A stretch of DNA of 64,000 bases from Rebecca billardiae RCC1528 (lineage: Eukaryota > Protista > Haptophyta), in NCBI GenBank assembly GCA_965240325.2, contig OZ251225.1:1054001-1118000 (forward strand), in the 5' to 3' direction. This document shows, piece by piece, positions 56,012 to 64,000 of the stretch (position 1 is its first letter; every line of letters begins with the position of its first letter). The position numbers were made by a program, and so were the translations under genes. The notes beneath the pieces are model-generated. The model did no database searches and was not told the origin of the DNA. It was given only the letters and a program-made list of their open reading frames with translations.

Positions 56012-56274
56012 GACGGCCGGGCTTCGTTGAGCACGGCCCGGTTGCGGTGCCTCCCGTCCCTCCTGCAGCGCTGCGCTCCCGGCGCAGCAGCCGCAGCTCT
56101 TTTAGAAATCCGAGCAGAAAGGAGGAGTGACACTAGTGACAATGGTGATGAACAACGAGTCAACGACGAATCAACAATGGAAAAGTCGTACTGAGATCCG
56201 CCGATTCGGAGATAATTGTTAACGGTATCCCGCTCGTCCCGCGGAGGTGTCTCGAAGAGACGACAGCAGTCGTG

Positions 56275-58323
56275 ATGTCGCGCGCCGGGCGCGCGATGTT
56301 GGCGCTTCACGTGGCGGTGGTGCTGACGGGCATGTGCAGCGCGGCGACGGGTGGCGCGAGGCAGGCGACTACAGGCAGCCTTGCCCGACATGCGCGCGCG
56401 CGGCGGATGCGCGAGCTGCGCGTCGATCTCGCCGACGCGGTGCGCGCTCAGCAGTTCTCGCTCGCGGCGAGCCTCAAGCGCAAGCGGGACGAGCTCCGCG
56501 AGGAGGACCCGGTCTGGCAGCTGCGCGAGGCGCTCGCGCGTGCGGTCTCAGCCCAGGACTTCCGCGCCGCGGCGCAGGTCCGCGACGAGCTCGAGCGCGT
56601 GGTCCGCGTGCACGGGGATGCGGCGGACTTGCTCGTTCTCACCTCACCCGGCGGCGAGCGCGCGTGGACGCTCGCGCCGGAGGAGGCGAGCGATGGGCTC
56701 GGTGAGGGCGGCGGCGGCTCGCGCCCCGATCGCGCGGCGACCGAGCTCACGCCCGCGCCCTCCGCGGACGGCGCCACGCGGCTGATGCAGCCGACGTGGT
56801 CACCGTCGGGCACGCGTGTCGCCGCCACCCTTCTGCGGATCGGCGCTGCACGCGACGCGGCTGGCGGCGGCGAGACGCTGCGTGGATGCGCGCTCGTGAT
56901 CTTCGACGCGCGCTCGGGCGCCGAGTCGATACGCTGCGAGCTCCCGTTCCCGCCCTTCTACCTGCAGTGGGCCGCCGACGAGGCGACGGTCACCTGCCTC
57001 GGGCAGCCCATCGAGGGCGGCGGCGGCGCACGGCAGGGCGGGCTCTGCCTGCTGGCCGTGGACATCCGCTCGACCGACGTGCGCGTGCTCGCGCGTGGTG
57101 CGCCGCTGTTCTACTCGCTCCGCCCGGCGGCTTCCGAGCAGGCGCGGGACCCAAGCGCGCGCGGAGACGTCGACGCGGCCGCCGGTGCCGACCGCGGCGC
57201 GGGCGGCGGCGCCCTGCTCGAGATGATTGCGCACAACGGCGGCGCCGACGCGGTGCAGCTGCTGCGCATGCCGGCGCGACCGGCGTTCTCGCTCGTCAAC
57301 GCGCCCGCCGACGCGTCGATCGGCTGGCGCACGCTGAGCGCGCCCGGTGGCGGATTCCAGGCGCCGTGGTGGTGCGCATGGCGGGCTGAGCCCGAGGGCG
57401 CCGACGGAGCCGTCGAGGATGCTGCCGCAGGCGGCGCGCAGGCCGGGGACGCGGAGCCGGCGGGGCGCGCCGACGGGACGGGCGGACGCGGCGCGCTCCG
57501 CGAGGCGCTGGTGTTCGTCGACGGCGGCAAGCTCGTCGCGTGCGCGCCGCCCGACGCCACGGGCGCGGACGCCGGCGCGGGCTCGGGCAGCGCGGGTGCC
57601 GCCGCCGCGTGGCGCGCCGGCAGGAGGGTGCTGGTGAGAAACGACGACGCAGACGGCGAGGATAGCCCGATGTTCTTCGTGGTCGACCGACGCGCGCGCC
57701 GCCTCGCTCTGCTGCGCTCGGTGGAGGAGCCCAAGCTCGAGATCCTCGAGGGCGTCTCGCGCGGCGGCGTGTGCAGCGAGCTGCTCGCTCAGGCGCGCGG
57801 CGGCGCGGCCGTGCCGGCCCCGGCGCTGCGCACGGTGCCTGTCGACCTCGACCGCTGCCTCCCGCCTGGCGAGGCAGTGCGCGCCGTGGAGGCGTTCTGG
57901 TTCTCGCCCGCCGGGCGCTGGCTCCTCGTGCTCGTGCGTATAGGGCGCCCCGCCGAGACAGCGGCCGCCGACGAGCTCGGCACGCCGACCAAACCTAGCT
58001 GGCGCTGGGTCGTGTGGGATGCGCAGCGCGCACAGCCGCTCGGCGCGACGCCGCCGTGCGTGCCGAGCGTCGCCGCGCGCGCGCAGTACTTCCCCTTCTT
58101 CACGCAGTACGCGCAGAGCGCCTCGCCCTTCGCGCCGGACGGTGGCGCCTTCTGCTTTGCCGCGGACGGCGCGGCGCACGTGGCCACGCTGCGCCCCGAC
58201 GCGCAGTCGTTCGCCTCGCGGGTGAGCGTGGAGCGGCTCGGGGGCGACGTCGACGTCGTGTGGTGGTCGACCCGCGCAGCTGCTGACGGCGGCGCAGACG
58301 ACTACGACGACTCGGGTTGGTGA
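56275..58323 (+). CDS. Signal peptide plus tandem UVR (UvrB/C) helices plus TolB-like beta-propeller protein
   Basis: LADAVRAQQFSLAASLK and LARAVSAQDFRAAAQVRDEL (UVR). QPTWSPSG, PFYLQWAAD, GAPLFYS, AFWFSPAG, YFPFFTQYAQSASPFAPDG. Confidence 0.75.
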   Translation: MSRAGRAMLALHVAVVLTGMCSAATGGARQATTGSLARHARARRMRELRVDLADAVRAQQFSLAASLKRKRDELREEDPVWQLREALARAVSAQDFRAAAQVRDELERVVRVHGDAADLLVLTSPGGERAWTLAPEEASDGLGEGGGGSRPDRAATELTPAPSADGATRLMQPTWSPSGTRVAATLLRIGAARDAAGGGETLRGCALVIFDARSGAESIRCELPFPPFYLQWAADEATVTCLGQPIEGGGGARQGGLCLLAVDIRSTDVRVLARGAPLFYSLRPAASEQARDPSARGDVDAAAGADRGAGGGALLEMIAHNGGADAVQLLRMPARPAFSLVNAPADASIGWRTLSAPGGGFQAPWWCAWRAEPEGADGAVEDAAAGGAQAGDAEPAGRADGTGGRGALREALVFVDGGKLVACAPPDATGADAGAGSGSAGAAAAWRAGRRVLVRNDDADGEDSPMFFVVDRRARRLALLRSVEEPKLEILEGVSRGGVCSELLAQARGGAAVPAPALRTVPVDLDRCLPPGEAVRAVEAFWFSPAGRWLLVLVRIGRPAETAAADELGTPTKPSWRWVVWDAQRAQPLGATPPCVPSVAARAQYFPFFTQYAQSASPFAPDGGAFCFAADGAAHVATLRPDAQSFASRVSVERLGGDVDVVWWSTRAAADGGADDYDDSGW

Positions 58324-59202
58324 CGACGCCGGCGGGGTGTCAGTCATGTCGGCGCTGCTCACTTCCATCTATCAGCAGGCCGTTACTAGCGGAACTCTCT
58401 GACGGTGACGACACAGCGCGCAGAGCCAGAACTAGAAGTCAGTCAGGCTTACTCAGTAGATCCGTGATCGGCAAAGTGATGCCGGACACAGCTCAGTGAC
58501 TACAGAGTGACAATATATGTGTTACTATCAGAGTGAGTGCCACGACTGACGGCTGAGTAAGTGACTTAGCCGTCACAATGCGTGACCGATCACTAGACAC
58601 TACATGAGTCATGCGGCCTTGCCGTCAGCCACTAGTCTCGGCCACAGTCTGCACAGAGTCAGTCGTGACGAACTGGCGACTACCCAGTTACTGATGTTCA
58701 ATATGCTCGGCGGCGGCGATTACACAATATTAAACAATACACGCCCACGGCCGCATTATCAGTGCTGCTGAGACTGAGAGCGGCCCGAGCGGGGGCCGAA
58801 GTGGAGCTGAGAACTAGACTGACCCGACAGACTGAAGTGCATGTCGGATGCAGTTGCGAGCTTGCACGCCGCCGTATTACACCCGCGGCCGCTAGCTACT
58901 GTACGTCACAGGAGCCGGAGGCCCCCGCCTCCTCACTCTCTCAGCTCTCTGCCGTCTGCGGTCCTCTCGCCCGAGTCTCGGTCCGCGTGGCTCGCGACCG
59001 ATGAGGCGATGACAGCATGATGATTTTCTATTATTTGTCAATCCGCCGGCCACATGTAACATGATGAATGGCGGGCTGGCGGGCCTTAGGTCCGCCCCTT
59101 GTAGTGCCCGGGAAAAAGATAAGAAAAACATAAATAAAACAAAATCGCCTGCTCAAAGAAAAGAAAATCGCCTCGCTCACTACCGGGCGCCCTCGCAGCT
59201 CC

Positions 59203-60431
59203 CACTGGGGACGCTCGGCCGAAAAAGGGTTCCCGGATGGCGCGGAGCGCGTGGGCGGCGCGCGCCAGATCCAACGCCGGCGTGGACATCGCGCGAGGAT
59301 TCCCGAGACGTTTTTCCGCCCGATTCGCGATTGCTGCCCTCGTCGTCTCGCGTGCAGGTCGAACGAGGGCCAAAGTCGACGCGCTTGGAGGTACGCTCGG
59401 CGCGTCGACATGATCGTGCGACCTGGGGCGGTCCTCGCCTGACTTGCACGTCGAGCGCTCGCACGGGCCATAGTATTAAGCGCTGCGCACGACAACCACC
59501 TCGCGTGATCCACCGCCGCGCGTCGGGCTCGGTGCGGAAAGGCCCTCATCACGAGGTGTCTCGCGGGCGGGAAGCGCCATCGGCCCATCGCACGCGACGC
59601 AAGATTTGGCGCGGCCTTCTGAACTCGATCGCCGGAATCCGCGCACCGGACGGTGTCTGTCGCGGTGCCTCCCTCGACCCTCAGCCGAAGCCCACGTCCG
59701 GCCTGCATGGCGTAGACGGTGACCAATGCGACGGAAGCGCAGCGCCAACGGCGCACGACGCGCAGCGGACGCACCTCCCGGGTCTGTCGCCGTGGCAGCA
59801 ACCGCGTCTTCGCGAGTTGGCGACCCTCGCCGCAGCGCGACACAGACAAGCCCGTGATGCCATCCGCAGAGAGATGAAACGTCGAGCATGCAACATCGAC
59901 GCGCCATCCTCGTCCATGGCGCAGGCGCTGCGGGACGAGGCGGAAGTCGTCAAGCCGGTGACGGATGCGCTGCGATTCGTGTGCCCGCGTGAGCAGCTCT
60001 TGCCCACTCTCGATCGCGCGTGGCACACGCTGTCGCTGTGCGCGCGCGCGCGCACAACCAACAGCTCCTCGTGCCGCCGAACACGCGGGCGCCAGACCTG
60101 TCGAAGATGCGAAGAGCGATGACCGCGTGAACGTCAACGCGCTCGTGCTCAGCGTGGCGGCCGTGTACGACGTCAACGCGACCTGCGCCGAGCCCATCAT
60201 GCCCGGAGCGGACATCGGCAAGCATCCTCGCGACGACCGGCTCTCGGCTGGCGGCAGGAGGACATGCACATGATCTACTCTGGCGGCTTCGTCGGTGGCG
60301 AGGCGCTCGATTACGCCATCGCGGTCGAGATGCGGCACATACAGCGCGTACCCGCGCTCGCGCTGAGCAACGGGCTACCCGCCCCGCCCCGCGTTCGCGT
60401 GCTGCACATTCCCTCGTGGGTGTGGGTCTGA
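59203..60431 (+). pseudogene. TE-like relic with frameshifted coding fragments, possibly including a Ulp1 (C48) protease N-terminal piece
   Basis: Begins CACTGGGGAC, like the 39948 end. 60255-60431 reads QEDMHMIYSGGFVGGEALDYAI...RVRVLHIPSWVW. Confidence 0.3.
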
Positions 60432-61042
60432 GACAGGGTCCCGCTGATGAGTGATGCGCAGACAGAGTACAGACGTGTACACGTGGGAGAGAACTTCAGG
60501 TGTCACTGGTCCTCGCCCTCGACTGTCCGTCACCCACGGCCACGAGCGAATGTGGAAAGACGCGAACCCGCAGAGGATACATTGCGACAGCACTGCCCCC
60601 CCCCCCCCCCCCCCCACCCCCCCGCCCGCCCGCCAGGGCACAGTTTATATTTGGGCGGGATTTTGATTTTTGGGTCGTCGATCTGTATGGATTGTGGATT
60701 GACGATGACGAGGTGCTACGGCGATACGACAAGAACTGAAGATGCCGCGCGATGTGATGAATACAGTGAGTACGGTATTCCGATCGTTCCCGCCCGCCAT
60801 TACTTTTGCCGCGCGCGTGAAGCCGCGAAAGCTCGGTTAATGTAGTTAAATATGATGACGATGCTGATTAGTATGATTCGGACGGGAAGATACCGCAATC
60901 GGACAACTGAAAGTAATGAAGGCAGTGCACTGCTGGTACCTGGGACCACCCCACAGTGTTGGGCTTGTATGCTGTCGGCAATGGCATACCCCCGCCCCCT
61001 CTCACCTCTGGAGGCGGGCTGTCCACAGCGGAGTGGTGTCAA

Positions 61043-61181
61043 GGCACTCGGTGTATCGGCGGTCAGTGGTTTGAGGTTGGGTGAGGGTGGTGGTTGGTTG
61101 GGGGCTGGCCAGGGTAGGGCTGGAGGCTTCGGCCGCCAGTCTGATCACCCGGAGCCCGTTATAAAGGGGAATTTAAAAAAA
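61043..61181 (+). mobile_element. ~135-nt A-tailed retroposon, copy 3
   Basis: Near-identical to 18018-18151, with an A7 tail. Confidence 0.75.
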
Positions 61182-61865
61182 GAACAGAGCGAGTCATTAG
61201 TGATACTTGAATACTGCTACTACAAAAGCCACTTCCCAGACGCTCCCAGTTCCCACACACACCGTTAAAAAACACCACGCGGGACACGTCAATTTTCATA
61301 GGCATACCGGTTGGAAGCACCGGGATTGTTCGCGCTTCAGGGCTGATAAATACTTCGATATTCGCCGTGAATTGATAACGCTTCGTTGACGTGAGAACCA
61401 AAAAATGAATACTAGGAAGGGAGATAATTGGCCGACTATGCCGCCGTGCGTATTGACGATTATATTTTTCGGGGTGAATCTCGGCCCGAAATTTGAGCGT
61501 GGACCCTTACCCCTGTAGAGGCCAATCACTATGATTTGGCCTCAGCTCGCTTTGGGAAAGTTGGTCACGGCGGGTGCAGTCAAACGGGGCTCCACTACTA
61601 CTAGTACTTCATCGGAACATTGATTCTCTTGTGTTCGAGATCCTCCCCGCGCATGGGTAAACTTGTAGCAATCACAAGTCAACAACCATAATCACGCCAA
61701 CCGCTTGATTGCACAGCCGACGACGTCCCCGAAAGTTGACGATTTGTGCCGCAACACCTACGCGTTCGTCAAAAGGGATCGTCAATTTCGCGAGCACGTC
61801 AACCGGAGCCCCGGCAGTGTCGGAACCGCCCCACGAAAGAGAACACACACCGCGCATCCTCGACG

Positions 61866-62480
61866 ATGTCCAGCCGATCGAACGACGGGGTGACCGCGCG
61901 AGAGGCGCAGGAAGTCGACGAGGGCGCCAACACGCCACCCGCAAAGGACGAGAACACACTACGCGCCACACAAATGCTCGAGCGGCTGTTGCAGAGACTC
62001 GAGGGCCACCTGCCCCCGGAGAAGTCTGCGGCGCTGCGCGAGCTCACGTCGAAACTTCTGAATCAGGTGCGCACTCGCGCACGCGCTACCCCGACGCCAC
62101 GCTAGCGCCCGGCTGTGCGCTTGCCCCACCCGCGCCCGAGCGCATATGATCACGCCCGTCGTCTCCACACCCGTGCTCACTGCCTTGTGCCACATCATCC
62201 TCCCTGCGCTGCCACCGACCGCGCGCCGCAGTCGGAAGTGGTGACGGCGGACGAGTTCAAGGCTCGCGTGCAGAGACTGGTGGGCAGCGACTTGGAGACG
62301 ATGCAGGCGGCGATGCGCTCATTCAAGCGCGACCACGCGAACACGTCGCGTAAACTGCCGATCAACGCTCGCCCAGCCCGGCCCAGTGGCATCACCAAGC
62401 CGGCGCACCGGCTGCATGGCGCGATGCAGAGCGAACAGGGGCAACAACCGCAAGCGGCAAGCAGCATGCCGACGGGCTGA
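61866..62480 (+). CDS. Small stand-alone RST-domain (RCD1-SRO-TAF4) protein, 149 aa; exons 61866-62066, 62232-62480
   Basis: Spliced MLERLLQRLEGHLPPEKSAALRELTSKLLNQ|SEVVTADEFKARVQRLVGSDL fits the RST helical pattern. Phase-0 GTGCGC..GCAG intron. Confidence 0.65.
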
Positions 62481-62759
62481 CCTCTACCGGCAGTGTGTAC
62501 GGCAGGCCGGCTTGGCCCTGGTGCATGTCACCGGCACTTTGACGGCTGCTCATGGCGCGGTCAAGCCACCGACGTAATTTATTTGGAGTTGGAGCCTGCG
62601 GAGCGGAGCGTGGCCTGCGGCGGGCCTCGGTTTGAGATGGCTGACGCGCCGACTGCACTCAGCGGCTCCGCCCGGCGTGAACTCGGGCGGCCGGGCCGCC
62701 GCGCACGCAGCTGGCGGCCTGGCGCCGCTCAGGCGCCAGCTGAGTCAGTGAGGCGCCAG

Positions 62760-63603
62760 CGTCAGTGATGATGCGCAGGCTCCCGACAAGTACGGATCGC
62801 CTCGGAGCCTGCGAATATGATGATATCCATTTACTGCTGTCGATCTGGTCGTAGTAGGTGGAGGCAGATTGCGGGCAGCTAGTACTTTCACAATAACCGC
62901 GCTCGTTCAAAGGAACTGCTCATCATCAGGGACCGGTGCCTTCCAGGAGGAATCTCATCCCACATACTAGCGACTATTAACTGTATGTGTGAATCACAAG
63001 AGGAATCGTGGGGTCGCGGTAAAACCTGCTGTGCCGTTCTACCCGAAATCGCGGGTGAGAACGTCAAGGAATCAAAGGATTTCAGTGGTTCCCCCCGTGT
63101 GTTGACGTTCACTTTGCGCAAGACGCACGGTAATACCTGTAACTAGAACTGGTAGAATCAAGCTCATCAGAAGTTCCACGACCGAGGAGGAAAGCGTGGA
63201 GGTACACCCTTCGTGGAGGGCAGCCGGGGGGAAAGCGAAAATGGCGTGGGCCGTGGTGGGGCCGTCAGCGGCGCAAGTTCGTTCGGAGTAGTGGCGCCGT
63301 ACGGCAAACATGCTTGCAAGCAATCTGCCTTGACAGCGCCGCGACTGCGTCAGTTGGTGACCCACACAGGTTGACGGCTTTCGGACACAGAAGACTTGCA
63401 CGCGTTCCTGGCTGTTCACGCTCCGCCGCATCCGAATCTTCTGTCCTTCTCGAGGTTCAGATGCTTCCATTACGTGCGCTCGCATGCAGCTTGCCGCAGC
63501 TTCATGCTAGTATGAACGTGATCGCCACAGCATGGATGGCCGGTTGGTCAGGCCTCCTCGGCGGAGACTGCTGGGCGCGATTCGTGCCACGCGCACCACC
63601 CAT
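62760..63603 (-). pseudogene. Possible decayed gene of lower GC
   Basis: MGGARG..AVAITFILA followed by stops and frame-shifted protein-like segments. No family recognised. Confidence 0.2.
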
Positions 63604-64000
63604 GACGCGCGAAAAGCCGTGCGCACGCGTCCTCGCGCATCTGGTACTGGCTGCAGCCTCACTCAAGATCACATTACTACAGTACAGTATTAGCGAGACG
63701 GCAAGCTGGCCTGACACTCGCTGATGCGTACTTTTGACAGGGGCGGCAGAAGGCGCTCGCCAAGACCCAAGCTTGTCAACTTTAAGTTTAATTTTAAAAC
63801 GGACGGAGTACTGATGGCCGATACTACTGATAAACGAGTAACGGCCAACGGGGCCCCTCAGACGCGGAACGGACACAGACTCTCACTCTGGCAACGTCAC
63901 GGAGTGACGCGCCACTGACGGACCGCGTCAGCGTCTTAGCACAAGATCACTCATATATCTGCTGCCAGCACGGACGCAGCCTGCCGCCACTCGCTCCTGC

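Noticed and set aside
59061-60122. 353-aa ORF as an intact gene or TnpB/Fanzor-like nuclease
   Set aside because: It begins in an A-rich non-coding tract, and no RuvC or zinc-ribbon motif order is recognisable.

Overview
Very GC-rich, CpG-rich eukaryotic nuclear DNA. Short GC-rich spliceosomal introns (mostly GTGCG...CAG) and signal-peptide plus twin-arginine plastid presequences suggest an alga with a secondary plastid, plausibly a Pavlovales-type haptophyte (inference). About 19 intact protein genes were modelled, many as tight head-to-head pairs. They include a Cys-rich thylakoid-lumen-like protein, PRMT3, a GH130/GT91-like propeller, ADA3, an M14 carboxypeptidase, a nucleotide-sugar transporter, DUF2358, a ~3,145-aa WD40 protein, GT61, a PinX1-like G-patch protein with a LYAR-like C-terminus, an F-box protein, a GH-A hydrolase with EGF and TM, a tetraspanin-like protein, a UVR-plus-TolB-like propeller and a stand-alone RST protein. 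The gene islands are separated by non-autonomous mobile DNA: a 6.7-kb nested inverted-repeat complex, a 1.84-kb A..BA..B split-direct-repeat element, a CpG-depleted Tc1/mariner-type MITE, three copies of a ~135-nt structured A-tailed retroposon and CACTG-ended relics. The first two share TA|TGGCCC...CA|TA termini. Repeat-copy comparisons show 3-7 nt micro-duplications that may explain the odd GACT/AGTC-rich intergenic texture. No rRNA, tRNA, CRISPR or intact transposase was recognised. All family calls come from motif recognition by eye, not database searches.
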